A DNA stretch of 64,000 nt from Azolla caroliniana (lineage: Eukaryota; Plantae; Polypodiophyta). Of the stretch, positions 38,301 to 49,924 are shown piece after piece. The notes below the pieces were generated by a model. That model was not told where the DNA came from and made no database searches. It saw only the letters and a list, made by a program, of their open reading frames with translations. Made by a program: the position numbers and the translations under genes. The stretch covers positions 9,424,001-9,488,000 of the forward strand of contig JBHGNT010000016.1 of the NCBI GenBank assembly GCA_043228905.1. Direction: 5' to 3'. How positions within the stretch are numbered: the first letter of the stretch is position 1; the number at the start of each line of letters is the position of its first letter.

Positions 38301-41300
38301 ACATGAAGGCTTTTCCGTGCCTTCTGAGCATCTTCCAAAACCAGTCCTCCTCTGCTGGCAGTACGAAGCCACCCCCACCAATCTTCAGCTCCTGTAGCAT
38401 CTCGTCAGTGAAGCAATGCCCTATGCCAGCCGGATCTCGTAACATTGTGTCCACCGCAACCCCTTTCATCTGTTCCGAGCTGTCATCCGGCAAAGGAGCC
38501 GCGATTGGCCTCACCTTCCGTTGACAGTCTTGTACTTGGTGTCTACTCGGGATGTCTGATCTGACCCGATCATCTTCCTGAAGTCCGCGATGACTTTGTA
38601 CATCTCGACGGAATTTGCTGGAACAACTCTCTTCGACTATCTTCTTGATCTCCCCGAGGATGTCATCGAATGAGACCACCTCCATGGCCACTGATCTCGT
38701 AGCATGCCTTCAAGAGTCCTTCGACTTGTTTTATCTCTCGGCCACAGATGCCAGTTATGGTACAACCTCCATTAACAGAGGGCCGAAAAATCCTACCTAG
38801 TGTACAGGTGTAGTGTTCCTTCCGGTTGTCCTCCATTATCCCTTTCATGCCGCCTCGTCCGATGTTCACCTCTAGGGACCTCCGGGTATCGCTATTGTAT
38901 ACTCGGCCATTCCTTAAGCGCCTCCATGAAATACGCATAGTCCCTCCGGACATGGCCGACAATGTTGCACCATATACACTTCTGGTCGAATGGCGGCCTC
39001 CGGTCACGTGACTAGCCTCTCCCATCTCTCGGAGCTTGCGCGATTTGAAGATCGCGCACCATCTTGGTCAGCTCCTCCAATGTTGCACCTTCGGCTAGTC
39101 CTCCAACCACATTGGCCGGAACCGCCCCCGACTCCAGCTATTGTCTCATCCCTTCCAACCATGTCGGGATCGGTTCCTCCCGCTTCTTCTCGGCCGCCAG
39201 GCCCGTTGTCGACGGCCCTGCATCATTCCAATTGTGTCATGTCCCAGAAACCCTTTTAACCACGACCCGATGGGTCGTGAGCCCTTTGTCCACCTCCAAG
39301 AGGAGACCCACCATCTTGCAGTCAAGCAAGTCGACCAACTTCACAAACAACATGACCTTGCTCATATCGAGCACGGTCTAGTCTAGTGTCAAGAGTCGCG
39401 AGGACCGCTTTTCAAACTCCTGAAGCAGCACCATCGTATTCCCTCCCTTGTCGAGGCTCTCAACCCAATCCATAAATTCCTTCTTTGATAGCCAGAGCGA
39501 GTCGTCAAAGCCGTATCTTTCGAGGACCAGCCCCTCGAATTCAGCCCAATTACGACAGACTGCTTGCACCTCGAGCACCTCAGTGTGGATGCTCGACGTA
39601 ACGACTCAAGGGAATCTATCCAACCGTTAGTCCTTCGGAATATACCTCATCATCATCTCGGCTCGGTAGGCCTCTAGGTAGCTCATCCCATCCTTTCCAT
39701 TGAATCGACCAAAAAAGGTAACTATCGCCTCAATGCCTCTGTCAAGGGTGCTCCTGCCATCACGAGCATTCACCAAGCTGTCGATGGCCACTCCCATTGC
39801 CTCTGCAAGTTCACATCCCTTCATTTTTGAACTCCTTTGTCGCCCCTTTCACGTCGGGTTCACGAGGGTATTCCGTGTGGATGTGTCGAAATGGGGCAGG
39901 CCCACGAGGGTCTCGGACCAACGAGCCGATGGGAGTAGGAAGGTCTTCTGGATATATTCGTCGAATCGGTTAACGGTCACGTACCCGGTCCGGATCAGTT
40001 CTCGGATGTCGGAAAGTGAGTGCGTAGGATCAGATGTATGTGTGTTCTGGACTGGCCGTTGGATAACAAGCAACAACCACGCGGGCTCGGAACTTGGGTA
40101 AACGCGAGCCATCGAGGGAGACAGAATGGCGATGTGCACACAACACAGAGAGAAATCAAGATACAACGAAACTAAATAGATTATGCAAGAGGAGTACAAC
40201 CAGACCTGCCCAGTATCAGACATACGTTATCGCGAAGATCTGTCACTATGTGCGGATCGTGAGGTGGAACCGTCGGGGTTCTGGACCGGAAGGACTTGAA
40301 GTTGGCGCAAGCTTTAGCGAGAAAGAAATTAAGCTAGATTGAAAGAGAGTGAGAGCTTGAGATAGAATAGAACCCTTGATTTTAGATTGAGAGAGATTAA
40401 GATTAACCTCTTCATTTTAGATTTTAAGAAACAAGTTACACGATCAATTCGATAACAAATTTTCTTCTTCTTAATTTCATAACAAAAAAAAAGCCTAACC
40501 TTTCTTCTTTTTCATCCCTCCTTTTATAGATGCTCTCATGCATATGATGCATGTGAGGGTACAAGACATGCATAAAATGCATGTTTGCCATTTGGCGCTC
40601 ATGTATTACATGTGGTGCATGATAACCATCTCACTCATTTTAGCTCTCATGTATGAGAATTTACATGTAAAAGTACAATGATAGAAATATAAATTCAACT
40701 AAATGTTATGGCTTAGTGGTAAGCCTACTGACTCTTAACTAGGAGGTGCAAGGTTCAAATCTACACTTGCACTCTTTGTGTATATATATGTGTGTATACA
40801 TTTATTTATTTATTTATTTATATATCTATCCAGATGTCAGATAACGCCGGTTCGCCGGATGCCGGATGCCGGTTCCATTACCGGATGTTGGATGGCGGTT
40901 ACCGTTCAGTCACCGGGTCCTGGTTCTGTTGCCGGATGCCAGTTACCGTTCGGTCACCGGGTCCCGGTTCCGTTGTCGGTCCAGTTTTGGTTGGGCAAAA
41001 CCTTTGCAAGTAGTTAGGCCACACCCATTCATCCAATAGCTTAGTTCAAGTCACCTTGAACTCTCTATGTTCGACACATAGCCACAAAGATAATAGCTTT
41101 TGCTCTACCTTATATATGGTGAGATCCTTATTTCCTGTCTATGGGGGATATCTCACAGTTTTATTTTTCTCTTCCTCCTTCTCATACTTCACTCCTACAT
41201 AACTTGTCACTTAGATGTTCGTTTCTTATGTAGTAAAGTGCATCTCTTCAAGATCTTCGTCTTTTGTACTAAGATATTAAACTTACTTAGAATTAGAGTA

Positions 41301-43320
41301 TTCACTATTATTGTTTATATGATTGACACTTGATTTCATATGTCTTATGTGATTTTCACACCATTGCCGAAAATCTTCACGACATCCACCCCCACCAAAC
41401 CGCACATCCTCCGGTACGTGCCAAGAAGAGAGAAAGTGAGATTTCGGCTACGATGATCAATCAGATTCCTCCATGTCTTCAGGATCGAGATCGAGGTGAT
41501 CGAGATCAGGATCCTCGTCTTGTCTTTTCTTGAAAATCTTTACTCTTTTTCCCGCAATGGGTACAACCAACCTTGATCCGTGTAGCTCCGCAAGGTGGTA
41601 TGTGGCATTATCGTTGGCACTTGTCACCACATACGGCCCGAACCATCTTCTTGTGAACTTTCTTGTTGTACTGTGCTGATTGTCAAGGTTGTTGTCGTAA
41701 ACCAAAACCCAATCTCCTTCTTCAATCTTCTTGGGACGAAGTCGATGCGCGTTGTCGAATCCAACTTTGTTCTTTACTCGGGCTGCCTCCATCATCTTTC
41801 GCACTTTTTCTAGATCTTCAGGTCTTCTTTCAAGTTGCCTTATCCGCGCCGCTAATAACTCTTCTCGGCTCATCTCGTTCTCCCACGGTATAGCTATCCA
41901 TGAGGCGATCGTCCTTTCGATGGGCATTACCGGCTTTTGTCCATACATAAGCTCTATCAGCATATACCCTGTCACCGAGCTGTGTGTTGTTCTGTCGGCC
42001 CACAAGGCATAGGGTAATAGTGGTGGCCAATTCCTGACTCGACCGTTGCATGCCCGTACGATGGCTTTGACAATAGGTCCATGCCCTTGCTCGATCTTCC
42101 CATTCGCTTCCGGATTGTAGGCAGTCGTGAGAGAGAGCTTCACGCTTAGTCATTCGACGAGCTCTATCGCTTTGTGCGCATCCAACTCCCCTCGGTCGGC
42201 CACTATCTTCCCCACACATCCGTATTGGCAAACAACCTCTTCAAGTAGAAATTTGCAAACCGTCAGTCGTCGGATGACGGCGGAAGACGCCGGTTCACCG
42301 GATGCTGCCGGTTACCGTCGGTCACCGGATTCCGGTTCCATCGCCAGTTGTCGGTTACCTTTCGGTCGCCGGATGCCAGTTACCGTTCAGTCGCCGGATG
42401 CCGGTTCCGTTGCCGAATGCCGGATGCTGGTTATTGTTCGGTCACCGGGTCCTGGTTCCGTTGCCGGATGCCGGTTACGTTGCCGGTCCGGTTTTGGTTG
42501 GACAAAACCTTTGCAAGAAGCTAGGCCACACCCATTCATCCAATAGCTTAGTTCAAGTCACCTTGAACTCTCTATGCTCCACACATAGCCACAAAGATAA
42601 TAGCTTTTGCTCTACCTTATATATGGTAAGATCCTTATTTCTTGTCTATGTGGGATATCTTACAGTTTTATTTTTCTCTTCTTCCTTCTCATACTTCACT
42701 CCCACATAACTTGTCACTTAGATGTCTGTTTCTTATGTAGTAAAGTGCATCTCTTCAAGATCTTCATCTTTTGTACTAAGATATTAAACTTACTTAGAAT
42801 CAGTATATTCACTATTATTGTTTTATATGATTGACACTTGATTTCGTACGTCTTATGTGATTTTCACACCATTGCCGAAAATCTTCACGAAAACACGCTC
42901 TGGAAAACACGCACACACAGAAACTTAGGACGGTGAACCTCTGGCCGGGAGCTTACAGGCTTCCTGCACAAGCAGAGGCTTCAGCTTCTTCTTGGAGTCA
43001 ATCTAACAACGCTTTGTCCTCCCAAATTGTGGATACCTCAAACAAACTAGAACCTCCCCTTTTATAGAGCAAGGGGAGGCTGTTACATCACCATAATGCC
43101 ATCCGTTTTTAGGCAGAGATTTCCCTTGATTTCCTCCATCAGATAGAATTCTTATTCTCTATGCATGTGGGACTTAATGTACCCATTAAATCCTACTACC
43201 TAGCACTTATTAGTCCTATGTTATGTACATGTGCTTGTACATTTCCGTGTGCATCCTTGCACACCCCCGTTCACGCGCATCAGACCCCTTTTCTCCTCGT
43301 AGTCAGAATCCCCCACGACA
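35379..43320 (-). mobile_element. Composite Ty3/gypsy insertion (Ylt1-like): gag-RT-RH-INT plus an extra integrase/LTR block
   Basis: Gag ~39000-39824. RT LLQGGTNLVAHM..PFLDDIPIKG. Integrase KYWWPRMY..CESCQ, IIADRGELDA, DRTTHSSVTGY, RWFGPYVV (two copies: ~35720-36720 and 41457-42260). PPTs at ~35566-35582 and ~41375-41391. LTR blocks 35379-35565, ~39855-41374 and 42260-43320. Flanked by GCAC/GTAC. Confidence 0.85.
40702..40774 (+). other. tRNA-derived (SINE-head-like) Pol III module inside a gypsy LTR; second copy at ~25755-25828 (-)
   Basis: A-box TGGCTTAGTGG (40709-40719), anticodon-loop-like CTCTTAA, B-box GGTTCAAATC (40752-40761), all at tRNA spacing. No proper acceptor stem. Confidence 0.55.
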
Positions 43321-43970
43321 GTACGCATTTCTTCCTCCATTGTGGCACGCCAATTCATATCCTTGGCCGCTTCTGTGTAGCTATCCGGCTCACGTTCTTC
43401 CACCACCTTCGTTATATACACATAGTGATGCACCATGTAGTCATTGTACCCATACCGAGTTACGAGTTCTTTTGGCATGTTGATCGGTAGAACTTCTACA
43501 TCGCCGATTTCAAGGCCCTCTGGGCCGATTCCGATCTCATTTCCGGAGGTCCTTTCATGCTCCCGACCGTGTTGAACTCACTCCAATCCGATGCATCAGC
43601 TTCAGTCCCATACTCCGACATCTTCATCTTCCCCATCTCGTTGCGTGTAAACATCTGCTTCATTTCTGGTGCAAGGACTGCATGGCCGAGTCTCCACTAC
43701 TCGCCGACTCATCATTCAACTGGTCATTCTGACTCAGTCTCTCATTCAGCCCACTCAACCAAAATGAGATCAGACTCCCCTCTTGAGTTCCAATGTCTCC
43801 CTCTTTCAGAGAGTTGGTCTCATTGGCCTCACCTCCAACAATCAGCTTTGGGTCTTCGGGGGTCAGAGACAAAAGAGAATACCAAGACAATGATTCGTCC
43901 AAGAAGACATCATGAATCACTCTCACTTGCTTTGTCCAGGGCTTGTAGCACTTGTGCCCCTTCTACTCAT

Positions 43971-44658
43971 TGTCGTGGGGAAAACCGGCTACAAGAAGAA
44001 ACAGAGACCAAAGGCGTGTGAACCGCAACATGCACAGATGCACGCTAATTTAAAACTATGTTTGTAAATAACCTAGGACTAGGCTAGGTTGGCATGACGT
44101 AGGAAGCTTTAATAGGACGAATAAATCTAGGAAAATATCTGTCTGAAAGGGCAGAGAATAACTACTAGATGTTATAGCCCTCTCTCTCCTTGGTTTGTAA
44201 AAAGGAGGGAGAGAGGACTGAGTTGGGGATCCATGTTTTGGGAGGAGGAAGTGTTGTCAGACTAGGGACCGACCACCGATCGTTACCAAGTCCTCTGCAG
44301 GAGTTCTTTTGCCGGACGATGTTGTTCATGTACGAAGCTCATGCACTCGCGATAGAGGATCCAGGTCTTTTCTCGCCTATGTTGTGTGTGTGAGAGAGTG
44401 TTGTCGACTGAGTAGCGGCTTAGTTACAGGCGAGCGGGTTGTAATCCTTTCCTAATCGATTTAGGGTTTCTTTCTCTTCTAATTATCTCCTGCATTGATC
44501 GGAACTGAACCGAGTCAGTCGAGCTCTGTGCTTGCTGGCAAATTCAACGCTTGCCCAACACGCGCTCTTTGTTTCACTTTCCCTCTTTCTCACGCTCCTC
44601 GGTCTAGGACCCCTGCGGTCCCACCTTCGTTCTTACATGTACGTGTAATTATGCGACA
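43971..44658 (+). mobile_element. Solo LTR (type X gypsy), 688 bp
   Basis: TGTCGTGGGG...ATGCGACA with 4-bp TSD TCAT (43967-43970 / 44659-44662). Confidence 0.88.
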
Positions 44659-45445
44659 TCATGCAAGTAGCTCAACCTTGGCATCCAACTTTCTCTTCTT
44701 CTCATTCGGCACATGCACATATTCAATGCTATTGAACACCCTAACATGTCTCACGTTTCGCTTGCACCCGAAATACAACTCATGCGGCGACATCTTTGCT
44801 CCGGGGGTAGAAATCCGATTTTGGATGTAGATGACCATTTGGATTGCTTCGGCCCAATTGATCCTGGGCATGGTCTTTTCCTCCAACATTTCCCTAGCCG
44901 TTTCTACCATTGTCCAGTTCCGTCTCTCAGCCACGTTGTTTTGCTCCGGCGTTTATCTGCAAGAGAACTCCTTACGGATTCCCTTTGTCACAGATAGTTG
45001 GTAAACTAACTAGAAAATTATTCTTTTCCGTTATCCGGCCTTAGACACTTGATTTTCCTCTTTGTTTCCCTTTCGACTAGACTTTTCAGGGCTCAAAAAT
45101 AGGAGATGACTTCGCTTTTCTTCTCAATGAGGTATACCCAAGTGTGTTGGCTGAAGTGGTCGATGAAGAAGACGAAATATCGGCTCTAGCCCATGCTCAC
45201 ACAACTTGTCGGTCCCCATATATTTGTGTCTAGCTTTGATTCTTCTCATTGGGGAACGGAAGCCTATGCTGCTTCCTGAGTTGGCAAGCTTCCCATATTT
45301 GGGCCTTTCGGCCACTAAACTTCGGTAGTCCGAAAACCACATGTTTCGACTGCAGTTCATGAAGCTTTCAATAGTTGATGTGGCCTATCCGCTTGTGCCA
45401 TAGGTCGATGTCTGATTTGACCTTTTCTCCTTTTGCAAACATCCG

Positions 45446-46924
45446 GATGGATGTCATCTTTACTACTAGGGCAAAGATCTCATCGAAATCCACTCCTTTC
45501 TTCTATTGGAAGCCCTTCATCACGATCCAGGCTTTGTACCTTGCTGGATTTCCGGCATCTCCTGGTTTCAACTTGTACACCCACTTGTTCTGGAGTGCTC
45601 TCTTCTCTTTCGGCAACTCTGTCACTTCATAATTGTGGTTCTCATGCAGGGAGTTCATCTCGTCCTACATGGCACTCAACCACTTGCGGTTGTGGGTGTC
45701 TCTCATTGCTTCTTTGAAGCTTTCCGGCTCCCCCTCATCGGTTAGCAACACATGCTCTGCATAAGGAAATCTCCGGGGGGCTCTTCTCTCTTGGAGAGGA
45801 TAACTCCGGCCCTGGTTTCTGACCACCGGTTCCTCCGTTTGTTCCAAATCCGATTCGGGATCTTGTCTAGTTCCGATGTCTTCTTCTTCATCATCATCTT
45901 AAATCGGTTCGGTTTCTTATCCGTGTCTGGCCGGTTCGTCGAGTGTCATCCGGTTACCGGCTACCATCCGGTTTTCAACCTGGTAATTCTTTGTGTCCTC
46001 AAGCCGGTTTTCATTGGATGATCCGGAGTTCATCACCTTCTTCTTCGACTCCTAGTCGACAATGGTCCAGTCTTCCATGAAGTCTATGTCCCGACTCCAG
46101 AACACCTTCTTCTCAACCAAGTCCCACACCCGGTAACCAAACTCATCATCGTCGTATCCAAGGAATATGCATGGATGGGACTTCGAATCCAGCTTTGTTG
46201 TCTTGTCCTTCACCACATGCACGTAAGCGAGACATCTGAATACCTTTAGATGCCAGTAGGACACATCCTTACCGGTCCATACTCTTTGCGGTGTGTTTCC
46301 GTCCAAAGGTACTAAGGGTTATGTGTTTATCACATAGGTCGTCATCGTCAGCGCCTCAGCCCAAAACGTCTTGGGTAGCTTGGCATGTGCAAGCATGCTC
46401 CAGACTCTCTCCATTATGGTCCGGTTCATCCTTTCGGCCAACCCGTTTTAGTTACGGTGTTTTCAGCATGGTAAATTCGAGCCAGATTCCCTTCGACCGA
46501 CAATACTCCTCAAACTGCCCCCGGTATTCTCCTCCTTTATCTGCTCGAACTGCTTTCATCTTCTGGTCGGTTTCTCTTTCCACTCTCGCGTGGAGCTCCT
46601 TGAAGACGGGTAACACTTGATCCTTCGTCTTCAGTGGTGTGACCCACAGCTACCGGTTGTGGTCGTCTATGAACATCACAAAGTACTACGATCTGGCATA
46701 TGACTTCATGTCCACTTGACACACATCGGTATGCACCAGCTCAAGTGGTGCATTCCGTCTCATCGGTGGTCTTCACTAGAAGGAGTTTCGGTTTTGTTTG
46801 CCGGCCAAGCAATCGGTGCACTTCTCAAGTTGCACGTCCTTCACAAGAATAAGATTGTCTTCGTCAAGCCTCTTCATCCACTTCTCACTCATGTGACATG
46901 GTCTTTTATGCCACAACTCACTGG
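45446..46924 (-). mobile_element. Ty1/copia family B integrase to RT-start fragment
   Basis: LWHKR, KLDSKSHPCIFLGYDDDEFGYRVWD, LLTDEGEPESFKEAM, DEIFALVVKMTSI. Confidence 0.85.
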
Positions 46925-48000
46925 TGTCGCGAAAATACGACGAGGACACGCAAAAATACGACCAGAGGATATCAGATTCGTGCGTTTATACTTTTAAGAA
47001 TTAACGGAAACGAGAAAATTTAATAATTTTCATTAACAAAGGAAAAGAAATTACAATATGTCCCAAGATTGGGATTCATAAGTTTGAGGTTTACTGAGAT
47101 TAATAGAAAAGAAAAATTAGGGGTTTTGAGAGATATGGCTTTCGTAGGGAAAATTAGGGTTTTTGGCTTCCGTAAGGAAGTTATGGTTTATGAGAGATAT
47201 GGCTTCCGTAAGGAAAATTAGGGTTTATGAGTGTTAGGGCTCTGTGAGATAAGGGAACATAGAAGGAAAAGAAAAATAATGGAGAGTGGCCCAAGTGGAG
47301 AAAAAAAATCAAATATATATGAAGTTCTCCGTTGATCATAGCCTCCCATTATCCTTTGCATGCATCCCACATGGCGTTTACCTTACATAAAGTTTGACTT
47401 TAGTTGCATGGCCTCCACCTTTAGTTGCATGTCTTCCACATGACCTTTACTTTTATGCATGGCCTCCACCTTTAGTTGCATTCCTTCCACATGACCTTTA
47501 CTTTATTTTACTTTACTTTAGTTCAGTCGCATGATCCTATAATCCGTAAAGTTTGGCCCATGCTTTGATCCGACTAATCCGCGTCCGTCCTAATCCATCC
47601 AGTCCGGTTCCGGTTTTGTCGCCGTCTGGTTCCGGTTCCATCCGTTCGCCGGCTCCATCCAATTTCCAGTCGTCGGATTCGTCCGGTCAACGGTTGCCGG
47701 ATCCATGCGGTCGCTAGTTGCTGGATCCGTCCGGTCACCGGCTCCGTCCGGCTGCCGAATCCATCCAGTCGCCGGTTGACGGATCCGTTCAGTTGCCAGC
47801 TCTACCCGGTTGCCAACTCCGTCCAGTTTCCGATTGCCAGCTCTGCCCAGTCATCGATTTCCTCCAATTGCCGGCTCCATCCAGTTTTCGGCACTATCAC
47901 CGACCGGTTTGAGTAGCACTTGGAGCCGGATTGCTCTCGATGGCGAAAGATTGATCAGATATATTGACATATGCAAGACTTTGGCCCAAACTTCTAGCTT
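46925..48000. mobile_element. LTR-like insertion with TAGGGTTT and CCGG-rich internal repeats
   Basis: Begins TGTCGCG at an abrupt break in copia integrase. Non-coding with short tandem motifs. Right end uncertain. Confidence 0.55.
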
Positions 48001-48009
48001 CAGTCTAGA

Positions 48010-49920
48010 TTGTGGGAGCATTGTTGCCACCCTCTCTTAGATCGTTTGGTTCATCGTTTCCACCACGCCATTTTGCATCAAGGTATATGGAGTGGTCGTT
48101 TGGTGCTAAACCCCTTTGTCAAACAGGTACTATTTGAAGTCTCGAGAGGTGTATTCACCTCCGTTGTCGGACTGGAGTGTCTTCACGTGGTATCCTAATT
48201 AGTTCTCCACTTCAACTAACCACTGCTAGAAGAACTCGAGCGCTTCATCCTTGGACTTAATCAAGTAAGCCCAAACCTTCTATGTACAATCATCTATGAA
48301 TGTGACAAAGTATCACGAACCTCCTAGTGACCATTTGGGCATCAACCCACATGTATCGGTGTGGTCCAGTTCTAGGGGTTGTCGTATTGCCTCAACGTGG
48401 AGAGAGTGCGTACTTTGGGTCTATTTCCTGTAATAACAATGCTCGTAGAAGGCCGCCTTCATCTAGAGTTTTTGGATGTAATCGATCGCCATCAATCGGT
48501 CTAGTCCAGCTTAGGACATAAGGCCAAGTTGGCCGTGCCATAAGTTCGAATCTTGCGATTTGGCTATGTTCACTATGCCCTCTGGACTCATCGCCACCAA
48601 CAAATACAAGTTCTTGTAATTCTATCCACAACCGATTTTCATGTTCCCTTGGCTGATTGTCCATGATGACTCATTAAGAGTCGTCAGGTGTCTAGTTTCG
48701 GTTAGCATGCCGATCGAGACCAGACTCCTTCATAGCTTGGGAACATGCCAGACTCGGTGCGGGATTATCAAATTTCAATTCGATAATTGAATTGGGACTT
48801 CCCCTATCCGTACAATTATGCATTCTTGCCCATTCTCGAGTTAGATTGTACCATCGGCTCTGGCGGAATAGTCTGAAAACCATTCGATGTTTGGGGACAC
48901 GTAAAATGTGGCACTAGAGTTTAGCAGCCACGTTCTCACGTCTTGCGTGCTATAAAGGACATCACCAGTCGAGGAGTCTTCTAAGGGGAGAACTTATTTG
49001 GACCGGGATTCAGAAACATTCACTTGGTTGCCGGTAGGAAAACAATTCGAATCGGATTTTCCTTGTGTCCAATCGAATTGCTAACCGTTCTCCTTTCTTT
49101 TTATTGACCAACAGTTGGAAATGTTGTGGCTGGCCTTTCTGCAATGTGTGTAGAAGGCCTTCGACTGACCGTTCCTTGGTTTCAACCTTCACTAATCATC
49201 CCTCCTCTTCAATCGACTAGTACTTAAGTTGGTTCTTCCGGCTGGCTCAGCCTTGTGGTAAGCTTCTACCGAATCATCAATGGTGAGGCCCATCGATCAT
49301 CACCATATGTCCTTAGTCAAAACTTGTCTGATTGTTTCGTCCAAATTGAGATTTGGATAGTTGTTGGTGAATTTCATGCAGAATACCTCCTAGCCTGATG
49401 GCAAACTAAAAGGGACGGCGCGAGCCTTAACTTCTTCTTCAAAGTTAATCCCTTGGGAGGAGAGTTTGGACAACACCCAACTAAAGGAGTTCATGTGGGA
49501 GGTCACCGGATTTCCACATTTGTGCAAGATGTAGAAACCATTTTCTGGAAGTGTTGTTTTGATGGTCCGGTCTTTTCTTTCAACTGGTTCTCTTATCTTG
49601 CCAGTTTTCTGTTGTTCGTTTCCACTAGATATCAAGGTCACTCTGATACCACTTAATGGAAATAGTATGAATTGTTGCAACAAAAGAATATGAGGACTTG
49701 TAGGTTAGTCTCCAGCAAATAACATAGATAACCAAAGAAGTAGATGTGTGCACTGTTGATAGATTCAGGAAACAAGAAGCATAGAGCAAAATGACACAAT
49801 TAGAGGTCAATTTTCAAACTTTGATTATTCTCTCAAAAACCCTCTCACTATACAATGTCACAATTGGGCTTATATACTCTAGCCCTAATTGAGAAATATG
49901 TTCACACTGTACATACAACA
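48010..49920 (-). mobile_element. Decayed Ty1/copia family C 5' half with PBS and 5' LTR
   Basis: tRNA-iMet PBS TGGTATCAGAG (- strand, 49641-49651), LTR ~49654-49920. Remnants of gag (LSKLSSQGINFEEEVKA), protease (WLLNSSATF) and integrase. Confidence 0.75.
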
Positions 49921-49924
49921 AATT

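Larger units (their letters stand above)
34859..45445 (-). mobile_element. Ty1/copia family A integrase-RT, split by two gypsy insertions (35379-43320 and 43971-44658)
   Basis: RT 34859-35378, linker 43321-43970, integrase 44659-45445. Removing the 35379-43320 insert and one TSD copy restores EEMRALAANET. Removing 43971-44658 restores CTTGCATGAGTAGAAGG (cf. 60485). Confidence 0.85.

Noticed and set aside
40702-40774. Functional tRNA-Lys gene
   Set aside because: No acceptor stem and poor arm pairing, and the second copy has a different loop. Treated as a tRNA-derived module only.
47115-47240. Interstitial telomeric repeats (TTAGGG-like)
   Set aside because: Only scattered single TTAGGG(TTT) words inside ~40-bp LTR repeats; no tandem TTTAGGG run.
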